In this document: positions 9,430-17,583 of the stretch, one piece after another
Layout: each line of letters starts with the position of its first letter
Position numbering within the stretch: position 1 is the first letter of the stretch
IMG/VR virus record: IMGVR_UViG_3300036832_000301
Span: 1-59,931 of that record
Source of the DNA: a virus
Taxonomy: Duplodnaviria > Caudoviricetes
DNA length: 59,931 nucleotides
Reading direction: 5' to 3' (one strand)
Translations under genes and position numbers: made by a program
The notes under the pieces: generated by a model
The model's database searches: none
Told to the model about the DNA's origin: nothing
The model's input: only the letters and a program-made list of their open reading frames with translations

Positions 9430-10525
9430 CCTCGACGCGCTCGTCGATCAGATGAGCAAGCGGCTCGGCGCGATGGTGCAGCCGATGTTTACCCGGCTCG
9501 AAGCCGACCTGACCGCGAAGCTGATAGCGGGCACGGTGCGCGAGGCGCTGATCGACCGCGACGGCGGACTGGTGCTGACCTTCGGCGACGGCTCGATGCG
9601 CAATCTCGGGCCGGTGATGGGTGCGACCGGCGCGCAGGGCGACGTCGGACCTGCCGGGGCCGATGGTGAACGCGGACCCGCTGGTGCGGATGGTGAGATC
9701 GGACCTGCCGGTGCCGATGGCGTCAACGGCAAGGACGGCCAGGACGCCGACCCGACCGCCATGGCGCTGTTGGAAGGCCGGGTCGACGAGCTCGATGGCC
9801 GCGCCCTGGTCGACGCGGTGCTGGCGGACGGCGTGCTGGTGATCGCGCTGGGCGACGGCACCACCCGCGAACTCGGCCCCATAGTCGGCCCACAAGGGCC
9901 TGCTGGCCCTGCCGGGGCCGAGGGTAGCGCGGCGAACGCCGAAGCCGCCCTTGTGGCGCTGGACGCCCGGCTGGGGGCCATTGAAGGACGCACCCTCGTT
10001 GAAACCCTGATCGACCGGCAAGGCTCGCTGATGCTGACCTTCGCGGATGGCTCAAGCCAGCGGGTCGGCGAGGTGGTCGGGCGCGACGGGATCGACGGCA
10101 AGGACGGCGTTGATGGCAAGGATGGGATCGACGGCAAGGATGGCGTCGGCAAGGACGGTGTCGACGGTGCGCCTGGGCGTGATGGCGTCGACGGCAAGGA
10201 TGGTGCGCCGGGACCGGCTGGCCTGGGCTTCGATGATCTTGACGTCGAACTCGGAGAGGATGGGCGGGCGCTGCGGCTGAAGTTCGTGCGCGACGGGCAA
10301 GCCGAGGTCTTCGAGCTCGACGTGCCGGTGATGATCTATCGCGGGGTCTATAAACCCGACACCGACTATGTGCGCGGCGACGCGGTGACCTTCGGCGGGT
10401 CGGTGTTCGTCTGCGATGAGCCTACGCAGGCCCGACCGGAAACCAGCGGTGCGCCGTGGACCCTGGCGGTCAAGCACGGGCGCGACGGCAAGGACTTCCT
10501 GGGGCCGCGAGGGGGTGACAAGTGA
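9419..10525 (+). CDS. Collagen-like (Gly-X-Y) head-associated protein
   Basis: GxDGxDG repeats; C-terminal IYRGVY...RGDAVTFGGS...WTLAVKHGRDGKD. Confidence 0.75.
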   Translation: MQRDLDALVDQMSKRLGAMVQPMFTRLEADLTAKLIAGTVREALIDRDGGLVLTFGDGSMRNLGPVMGATGAQGDVGPAGADGERGPAGADGEIGPAGADGVNGKDGQDADPTAMALLEGRVDELDGRALVDAVLADGVLVIALGDGTTRELGPIVGPQGPAGPAGAEGSAANAEAALVALDARLGAIEGRTLVETLIDRQGSLMLTFADGSSQRVGEVVGRDGIDGKDGVDGKDGIDGKDGVGKDGVDGAPGRDGVDGKDGAPGPAGLGFDDLDVELGEDGRALRLKFVRDGQAEVFELDVPVMIYRGVYKPDTDYVRGDAVTFGGSVFVCDEPTQARPETSGAPWTLAVKHGRDGKDFLGPRGGDK

Positions 10526-10977
10526 CCCTGCTGGTCAGTCAGGACGAGGCGATCCGGCAACTGCGCCTGTCGGCGGCGGCGATCTCACCGGAGGAGCTCG
10601 CCGACGTGCTGTTCAAAGCCGAGCAGGCGAGCGACATCGTCGTCGATTATCTCAAGGCCCCCGGCGCGGCCAACTACATCACCGACAACCCGATGGTGAA
10701 CCCGCTCGCCGGGGCGCGCGATGGCGGTGGCGGCGATTGGTGGGGCGGCGGCTGGTATGGACCCGGATGGGGCGGCTACGGTCCGCCGCAAGGTCCCCCG
10801 CCGCCGCTGCGGGTGCCGCAATCGCCGTGGGATGAAACCAGCGCGCCGGTGATGATCAAGGGCATCGTGCTGATGCTGCTGACCGCGCTCTACGACGGGC
10901 GCACGCCCGGCGACGCGCTGCTGTCGGATCAGATGTGCGCCGTGCTCGCCCGCTACCGCGACCCGGCGCTCGCGTAA
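10522..10977 (+). CDS. Head-tail connector (gp6-like) with Gly/Trp/Pro-rich insertion
   Basis: ASDIVVDYLK, LYDGR, YRDPALA; position after portal. Confidence 0.75.
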   Translation: MTLLVSQDEAIRQLRLSAAAISPEELADVLFKAEQASDIVVDYLKAPGAANYITDNPMVNPLAGARDGGGGDWWGGGWYGPGWGGYGPPQGPPPPLRVPQSPWDETSAPVMIKGIVLMLLTALYDGRTPGDALLSDQMCAVLARYRDPALA

Positions 10978-11008
10978 CTTTTCACCGTCTCATTTGAGGG
11001 GCTTGACC

Positions 11009-11185
11009 ATGCGCATCCGCGTCCTGCGGGACCGGCGGCTGGTGCCGCCGGATACCCGGAACATCGCCGTGCAGTTCACCAAGGGCGGCGAGCACACCGT
11101 CAAGCGCGAGTGGGGCGACATCCTCATCGCGGACGGCGACGCCGAGGAGCTCGACGCGCCGCATCGGAAACCTGCTGAGGACTAA
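11009..11185 (+). CDS. Small hypothetical neck-region protein
   Basis: 58-aa ORF with RBS between connector and closure genes. Confidence 0.55.
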   Translation: MRIRVLRDRRLVPPDTRNIAVQFTKGGEHTVKREWGDILIADGDAEELDAPHRKPAED

Positions 11186-11188
11186 GCC

Positions 11189-11560
11189 GTGTTGCAGAAG
11201 CGCGAGCCCGCGCTCGCCGGAACGCTACGGCAGACCGTCACACTGCAAAGCCGAACGCTCGACATCAACGGCGACCCGCTCGGCCCCTGGCAGGACATGT
11301 TCACCACCGCCGCCAGGGTGATCGCCCAGCCGATCAAGCGGGCGCAGCAGGGCGAGGTGGTGAGCAACGAGCGGCGGGTCGGGGTGCAGCCGATTGAGGT
11401 GACTATGCGGCTCGATCTCAACACCGCGCAGATCGACAGCGATTGGCGGGTGGTCTGGCTGGGCTGGGCGTTCGACATCACGGTGATGGCGGTCGACGAG
11501 ATGCTGTCGGTGGTCACCGTGTTCGGTATCCGCAGCCGCGCCGGGGACACCCCGCCATGA
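11189..11560 (+). CDS. Head closure/head-tail adaptor
   Basis: AGTLRQTVTLQ...WQD...WRV pattern and synteny. Confidence 0.75.
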   Translation: MLQKREPALAGTLRQTVTLQSRTLDINGDPLGPWQDMFTTAARVIAQPIKRAQQGEVVSNERRVGVQPIEVTMRLDLNTAQIDSDWRVVWLGWAFDITVMAVDEMLSVVTVFGIRSRAGDTPP

Positions 11561-11988
11561 CCAGCAGCAACATCAGCGCCAAGGTGCAGGGGCTCGCTAA
11601 CTTGGAAGCGAAACTTTTGCGGCTCGGAGGGCCTGAGTTCGAGAAGAAGATCAAGGACGCGAACAGCAAGAACGCCGATGAATTCCTCGCCCTGGTGCGC
11701 AGCATCATCCCGCGCGGCACCGAAGACAGCCACCTCGCCAACACGCTGCAACGGTTCGACCAAGGACCAACCGGGGCGGGCGTGTCGATTGGCGACGCCG
11801 AGCACAAATATCCGCTGCACCTTGAAGCCGGGCACCGCAACAAAGGCGGCCAGCACGTCCCCGGCAAGGCATACTGGTTCCCGGCGAAACGATTACAGTC
11901 GAAGCGCTGGCGGGCTCGGACGCGCCGCGCAGCGAACGCGATGATCAAGGCTATCGCGGCGACCGGCATCACCAGCGTCGGGGATTGA
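11557..11988 (+). CDS. HK97 gp10-like neck/tail protein
   Basis: VQGLANL start, LEAGH, AYWFPA; synteny. Confidence 0.7.
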   Translation: MTSSNISAKVQGLANLEAKLLRLGGPEFEKKIKDANSKNADEFLALVRSIIPRGTEDSHLANTLQRFDQGPTGAGVSIGDAEHKYPLHLEAGHRNKGGQHVPGKAYWFPAKRLQSKRWRARTRRAANAMIKAIAATGITSVGD

Positions 11989-11991
11989 CCG

Positions 11992-12411
11992 ATGCCAGAC
12001 CCCGCCGCCGCTTTCCACACGGCGCAGGACGCCGCGCTCCGGTCGTCGGTCGAGCTCGGCAATCTGTTCCCCGACTTGCGCGCCAGGATTTACGGGACCG
12101 TGCCGCAGAACGCGCCGCTGCCGTTCATCCGGATCGGCGACGATCAGATCATTCAGGACGACACCGACTGCGCTTCCGGCTCGGAGCTCTACGCCGTCGT
12201 CCACATCTGGACCCGGCCCGACCCGCCGAGCGTGCAACTCGCCCGACAGATGGCCGGGGTGATCCGCGACGTGCTGAGCGACGACGACTTCGCAATCGCT
12301 GACTTCGACGTGATCTTCGCCCTGCTCGTCGACACCCGGCACCTCACCGATCCTGACGGGTCGACCCATGCGGTGATGACCTTCCACTACGCGCTGACCG
12401 CCACCGCATAG
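11992..12411 (+). CDS. Tail completion protein (DUF3168-like)
   Basis: RIYGTVP, PFIRIG, VHIWT, DPDGSTHAV. Confidence 0.8.
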   Translation: MPDPAAAFHTAQDAALRSSVELGNLFPDLRARIYGTVPQNAPLPFIRIGDDQIIQDDTDCASGSELYAVVHIWTRPDPPSVQLARQMAGVIRDVLSDDDFAIADFDVIFALLVDTRHLTDPDGSTHAVMTFHYALTATA

Positions 12412-12462
12412 CCCGGTCGCCGCGCCGCTTCTCGACAACCTACAACCCCCGGAGGCTTCGCT

Positions 12463-12924
12463 ATGGCGACCCCTAACCCTGTGAAATATGCGCGTGGCGT
12501 GAAGCTGCTGATCGCCATCGGCGACGGTGGATCGCCGGAGGTGTTCACGGCGTATTGCACCGTGAACGCCGCCCGCTCGATCAAGGGCGACGCGGCGACC
12601 AACGACTTCAACATCCCCGATTGCGACGATCCGGACATGGTCGGTTGGCTGGCGCGCGAGAAGGTGTCGCTGAGCTACACGCTGGCGGGCGCGGGCATCC
12701 TCAACACCCCCGATGTGCAGGTCTTCGCCGACTATCTGGCCGACCCGCTGTCGCGCAATTGCCAGATCACCGTCGATGTCCCCGCGACCGATGGCGGCGT
12801 GGTCTTCGCCGGTCCGTTCCACCTCACCTCGTTCGAAATCACCGGCGACCGGGGCGCGAAGATGGAGGCGACACTGGCGATGGTCTCTGACGGCGAGGTC
12901 ACCGTCACGGCGGTCGGCCCGTGA
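12463..12924 (+). CDS. Major tail tube protein (GTA-like)
   Basis: IGDGGSPEVF, IPDCDDPD, SDGEVT. Confidence 0.85.
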   Translation: MATPNPVKYARGVKLLIAIGDGGSPEVFTAYCTVNAARSIKGDAATNDFNIPDCDDPDMVGWLAREKVSLSYTLAGAGILNTPDVQVFADYLADPLSRNCQITVDVPATDGGVVFAGPFHLTSFEITGDRGAKMEATLAMVSDGEVTVTAVGP

Positions 12925-13403
12925 GCCGCAGCGCGACACTGGTCAGGCAGTGGGGCAGTGAGGAACGGACCTTCCGCCTGGGGATCGGCGAGTGGCGGAA
13001 AATCCAAGAGACCTGCGACGCCGGTCCCGGTGAGATCGCGCAGCGGATCGCAGCCTGGGCGGCGGTTCGCCGGGCCATGCCGAAAGCCGGTTTTATCGAC
13101 TTGCTGGCGGCGGGCGGTGCCGGTCGGTGGCGGGTAGACGATGTGCGCGAGGTGCTGTTCCGTGGTCTGACCGGCGGCGGGCTCGACCCGACCACAGCCG
13201 GGCGGATCGTGCGCGAGCTTCATGATGAGCGCCCGCTCTTGGAGAACCTTCCGCTGGCGCTTGAAATCGTGCTCGTGTCGCTCACCGGGCCAGAGGACGA
13301 GCCGGTGGGGGAGCACGCGGGGGAGCCGCAAACGACAACGAGCGCGGCGGCCTCCCCCGAGCCAAGCTCCGGTTCGCCTATTACTACGGTGCAGGCGGCG
13401 TGA
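12921..13403 (+). CDS. Tail assembly chaperone (GTA-gp10-like, gpG analogue)
   Basis: FRLGIGEW..IQE.CDAGP, DVREV..GL.GGG; between tube and tape measure. Confidence 0.8.
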   Translation: MSRSATLVRQWGSEERTFRLGIGEWRKIQETCDAGPGEIAQRIAAWAAVRRAMPKAGFIDLLAAGGAGRWRVDDVREVLFRGLTGGGLDPTTAGRIVRELHDERPLLENLPLALEIVLVSLTGPEDEPVGEHAGEPQTTTSAAASPEPSSGSPITTVQAA

Positions 13404-13555
13404 TGGGGTTCACGCCCCGACAGATCGACGAATTGTCCTTCTGGGAATTCCTGGCCGTCCGCGACGGCTGGATCGCCGCCAACAGCACGTCTGACGGGGT
13501 CGGTGCGCCGACGCCAGAGGAGCACGAGGCCATGCTTGAGAAGTACGCCCGATGA
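13307..13555 (+). CDS. Tail chaperone -1 frameshift extension (gpT analogue)
   Basis: G-GGG-GAG slippery run at 13307-13313; -1 frame open to TGA 13553-13555 (KLRFAYYYGAGGVMGFTPRQIDELSFWEF). Confidence 0.65.
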   Translation, partial: GGARGGAANDNERGGLPRAKLRFAYYYGAGGVMGFTPRQIDELSFWEFLAVRDGWIAANSTSDGVGAPTPEEHEAMLEKYAR

Positions 13556-15936
13556 GCACGGAAGTTGATCGGCTGGAAGTGGTCTTCACCGCCAACATCA
13601 AGGCGATGGAAGAAAGGCTGCTCAAAGCCGTCGCCGCCAACAAGAAGGCCGCGAAGGACATCGAGAACGCCTGGACAGGCAAGGGTATTTTCGCGGCGGC
13701 TGAGAAGGGCATCGACAGCTTTGCCGAGCACGTCGGCGAGGCCGCACGCTCGATCCCCGGCTTCGGTGCCGCGCTCGGCGCGCTTGGCCCGGTCGGGCTC
13801 ACGGCGGCGGCTGGGATCGGCGCGTTCGCACTGGCGATGGAGAAGACCGAGAAGGCCGTCGACTATGCGGCTGGGATCGGCAAGCTCGCCGAGACGGTGG
13901 GCGTGTCGACCGACTTCATCCAGAAGTTCAACTTCGCCGCTCGCCAGAGCGAGGTTGATGTCGGGGCCGCCGACGCGGCGCTGAAAGAGCTCAACGCCTC
14001 AGTCGGTGCGGTACAGGGCAACCTGCCGCGCGCGAAGCAATTGGCGGTGGTCTTCGCTGACGCACTCAAGATCACGCCCGAACAGCTTCGCAGTTATCAC
14101 GATCTTGAAAGCCTATTCCCGCTGATCGCGCAGCGGATTTCCGAGGCTGGAAGCGCCGCCGAGAAAGCGGCTATCGCCAAGAAGCTCGGGATCGTCGATC
14201 TCCTGCCGATGCTCGACAAGGGCGCGGCTGGCTTCCAAAAAATGTCCGATGAGGCGGAAAGCCTCGGGATCATAATTCAAGCAGCGGTGATCGAGAAAGC
14301 GCAGGGCGCAGAAGCCAAACTCAAGGCGCTCGACGACGTCATGAAAGCGCAGAGCGCATCGACCTTCGTCGAGTACGCCGACACGCTCGTTTCGATCAAA
14401 ACGAAGTTCAACGAAGCTGCGGAGGCGGCGCTTCATTTCCTCGCCGCGATCACCGGCACGCGCTCAGCGACCCAGGAGCTCAAAGACGTCGACGAGACCA
14501 TCAAGAATTTGCAGCACCCGCGAGATATATATACCGCCATCATCGCGGGTCTTTCGCCGAGTGCGCTTAAGGAAGCCCAAGCGCGGCGCGCGCAGTTGGG
14601 CGGCCAAATTCTAACCGACGCCGCCGCGGAGGACGCCAAGGCGCGCGCGAAAGCTGGCGAAGGAAAGCCGGTCTCTATCGTCCCACCGAAGCCGCCGAAG
14701 GCCGGGCCGAAGGATGAGACCGTCGATCTCACAAAGGCGGCGATGGATGTTTTCGCCACCAGCATGAAGGGCCTGGAAACCGCACAGGCCGCGCTCACCG
14801 ACAGTCTCACCGAGCGCAATGTCCTTGAAAAACTGGCTATCGACAGCGAGCTCGCGAAGCAGAACGTCGACATCGACGCGCAGATCGCCAAGGCGAAGGA
14901 AGCTCAGAAAAAGGGGCTCGACAAAGAGGCCGACAATCAGGTGATGCAGTTGGAGGTCGCGAGGCTCAACGACGAGCAGATCGCCATCGACAAGAAACTG
15001 CTGCTCGACAAGCAACTGCAAGAGCAACACCTACAGGTCCAACTTGCGCACGAGCAGGCCGTCGCCGACTTGCAGGCGTCGGCGATAACCGCCCAGGCCA
15101 ATCACCTAACCGCACTGGCCGGGCTCACCACCCACACACAAGAGCGCATTGCCTTGGAGCGGCAGGCGATGCTCGCTCAGCAAGCCGCCGACCGCCTGCT
15201 CGCCGACACGAAGATCAAACAGGCTGAGCAATTGCTCGCCGACATGAAGACCAAGACAGCGGACCCCGACACGCTGAAACCGTTCATTGACGCGCTGATC
15301 GCGGCGCAGGCGGCGCGCACCAAGCTCGACATATCGCAACCCGATACAGTGAACGCCTTCAACTTCGCCAATGCCGACCCTCTGGCGAAGTATGCCGAGG
15401 GCATCAAGACCGTTGACGAGCAGATGTCGGATTGGGCGGTCGGCGGGCTCAACGATCTCGCGCAGGGCTTCGCCCAGGCTGTCGTCGAAGGCGGCAAGCT
15501 GACCGACGTCGCCAAGTCGATCTTCCAGAAGATCGCCGAGGACATGATCCAGTCGTTCGTCGAGCAGAACGTCACCAAGCCCGCCGCATCATTCCTGTCG
15601 GCGCTGTTCACCCCGCACGCAGCGGGCGATCTCACCGGCGCAGCGGGCGGGCTCGCCCTGGTCGGTGAGAAAGGTCCAGAGCTCGTCAACCTTCCCGGCG
15701 GGTCGCGGGTGTTCTCGAATAGCCAGTTACGCCAAGTCGGGATCGGTGGTGGTGGCGCGGCGCAGCAAACTATCCTGTTCGACAATCGCGGCGCGGTGAT
15801 CTGGGAGCAGGCCGCGCGAGCCATGATGGCTTACGCCGACCGCAGCGCCGCGACCGCCGGGATCGGCGCGGTGCAGGCGACCCGGCAAGTAATCCCCGCC
15901 GAGATCGCCAGGGCGAGCGCTCGGAGCCTGCGATGA
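13552..15936 (+). CDS. Tape measure protein
   Basis: 794 aa Ala-rich helical protein after chaperones; C-terminal LVGEKGPELV. Confidence 0.9.
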   Translation: MSTEVDRLEVVFTANIKAMEERLLKAVAANKKAAKDIENAWTGKGIFAAAEKGIDSFAEHVGEAARSIPGFGAALGALGPVGLTAAAGIGAFALAMEKTEKAVDYAAGIGKLAETVGVSTDFIQKFNFAARQSEVDVGAADAALKELNASVGAVQGNLPRAKQLAVVFADALKITPEQLRSYHDLESLFPLIAQRISEAGSAAEKAAIAKKLGIVDLLPMLDKGAAGFQKMSDEAESLGIIIQAAVIEKAQGAEAKLKALDDVMKAQSASTFVEYADTLVSIKTKFNEAAEAALHFLAAITGTRSATQELKDVDETIKNLQHPRDIYTAIIAGLSPSALKEAQARRAQLGGQILTDAAAEDAKARAKAGEGKPVSIVPPKPPKAGPKDETVDLTKAAMDVFATSMKGLETAQAALTDSLTERNVLEKLAIDSELAKQNVDIDAQIAKAKEAQKKGLDKEADNQVMQLEVARLNDEQIAIDKKLLLDKQLQEQHLQVQLAHEQAVADLQASAITAQANHLTALAGLTTHTQERIALERQAMLAQQAADRLLADTKIKQAEQLLADMKTKTADPDTLKPFIDALIAAQAARTKLDISQPDTVNAFNFANADPLAKYAEGIKTVDEQMSDWAVGGLNDLAQGFAQAVVEGGKLTDVAKSIFQKIAEDMIQSFVEQNVTKPAASFLSALFTPHAAGDLTGAAGGLALVGEKGPELVNLPGGSRVFSNSQLRQVGIGGGGAAQQTILFDNRGAVIWEQAARAMMAYADRSAATAGIGAVQATRQVIPAEIARASARSLR

Positions 15937-16490
15937 TGATGTTCCCGAACCTTCCGCGCGGCGCGGCGGTGAAACCGAAGCTGGTGCGCTTCGGCGGCGA
16001 CCTGACGTCGGCGCTCGGCGGACCGACCCAGCGGATCACCCGACCCGGCACCCGCTACGCCGTCGACATCACCCTGCCGACGCTCGACGCCGACTGCGCG
16101 GCGCGCTGGCTCTCGGCCTCGCTGCAGGCCGATACGGTCGGCGATACGGTCGGGCTGGTGATGCCGCAGACCATCGTCGACGCCCGCACCCTGACCGGCG
16201 TTGCGGGCACCGGCACGGCGGGCACCGCATCCGTCACGGTGACAGGTTCGGTGCCGCAGGTCGGCGCGTGGTTTTCATTCCAGGCAGGCGGGCGGCACTA
16301 CCTGCATCTGGTGACCGCCGCCGCCGGGAATGTGCTGACCGTCAGCCCGCTGCTGCGCGCCGCCTTGAGCGGGACGCCCCTGGAATTCGTCGCCCCGGTG
16401 CTCGAAGGCTTCACCGACGAAGCCCCCGCCTGGGACGTCGAGTTTTCGAGGTTCACCAGCCACGCCTTCACCCTCACCGAGAGCGCCTGA
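15933..16490 (+). CDS. Distal tail-like protein
   Basis: LGGPTQRITRPGTRY; synteny after tape measure. Confidence 0.6.
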   Translation: MMMFPNLPRGAAVKPKLVRFGGDLTSALGGPTQRITRPGTRYAVDITLPTLDADCAARWLSASLQADTVGDTVGLVMPQTIVDARTLTGVAGTGTAGTASVTVTGSVPQVGAWFSFQAGGRHYLHLVTAAAGNVLTVSPLLRAALSGTPLEFVAPVLEGFTDEAPAWDVEFSRFTSHAFTLTESA

Positions 16491-16493
16491 GTC

Positions 16494-17117
16494 ATGGCCG
16501 ACGACGCGGTCTTCCGAGCTCAGTTCGATGGGCCGAACCTGCTGCTGTTCGCGGGCGTCGAAGTACAACTGGCGTCGGGTTGGCTGCGCCTGCTGGCAGG
16601 CTCGGGCTCTGTGGTGATCAACGGCGACACCTTCGTCGGCGACAATCCGACCTACGGCGTGCTCGCCGGGCTCGATGCGGTGAGCGATGGGATGGGCAGC
16701 AACGCGCCGACGTTGACGGTCACGATCAACCCGAAGACCGCCGACGCCGGGGCTGAGCTCGCCGGTCAGGCGATGCAGGGTAACGCAGTGTTTCTCTGGA
16801 TTGCGGCGCTGGATCGCACGACCGGCGGCGGGCTCGACACGCCGGTCTTGGTGTTCTCAGGGGAAGTCGATCAAGGCGTGCTGACGGTCGGCCAGGGGAC
16901 GCGCGCGCTGGCCCTGCAATGCGTGTCGGTGTGGGAACGCCTGTTCGACAACGACGACGGGGTGCGGCTGACCAACGCCTACCATCAGGCGGCGTGGCCC
17001 GGCGAGACCGGCTTCGAGTTCGTCACCGACATCAATCGCGCCCTGCCCTTCGGCCAGGACTTGCCGGTGCCTGCGGTGGTGAAGGATGTTCTGTATGTTC
17101 GCCCTCCCGGCACTTGA
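16494..17117 (+). CDS. Minor tail protein
   Basis: HQAAWPGETGFEFV C-terminal motif; synteny. Confidence 0.65.
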   Translation: MADDAVFRAQFDGPNLLLFAGVEVQLASGWLRLLAGSGSVVINGDTFVGDNPTYGVLAGLDAVSDGMGSNAPTLTVTINPKTADAGAELAGQAMQGNAVFLWIAALDRTTGGGLDTPVLVFSGEVDQGVLTVGQGTRALALQCVSVWERLFDNDDGVRLTNAYHQAAWPGETGFEFVTDINRALPFGQDLPVPAVVKDVLYVRPPGT

Positions 17118-17142
17118 ACCCCCACCCGGCCCGCTGCCGATC

Positions 17143-17583
17143 ATGGTGCGGCGGGTGGCTATCGCTCAGGCCGCGCTCAAGAAGTTCCACGGTGTCGCGT
17201 TCAAGTGGGGCGATGCCGACTGCGCCAAGCTGGCGAGCTTCGTGGTCAAGGAAGCCGGTCACAAAGTCAGCCTCGCCCGGTTCGGCAACTACGCCAGCGA
17301 GCGCACCGCCCGCCGCGCCCTAGAGGCTCAGGGGTTCGGTTCGATGGTCGAGGCGGTCGATGGCTTCGACGTGCTCAAGCGGATCGCCCCGCTCGCGGCG
17401 CTGCCCGGCGACCTGATCGCTTTCCCTGGTGCTGAAGGCGGCTGGGATGGGATCACCGTCGCGCTCGGCAATGGCCGGGTGCTCGGCTTCACCGAGCTCG
17501 CCGACCGGGGCGCGTGCTCGATCATTCAAGCCAGGGTGTCGCTCGCAATCGCGGCATGGAACGTGATCCCGTGGCGAAGGTAG
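17143..17583 (+). CDS. NlpC/P60-like tail tip assembly protein
   Basis: FKWGDADC and PGDL motifs. Confidence 0.7.
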   Translation: MVRRVAIAQAALKKFHGVAFKWGDADCAKLASFVVKEAGHKVSLARFGNYASERTARRALEAQGFGSMVEAVDGFDVLKRIAPLAALPGDLIAFPGAEGGWDGITVALGNGRVLGFTELADRGACSIIQARVSLAIAAWNVIPWRR

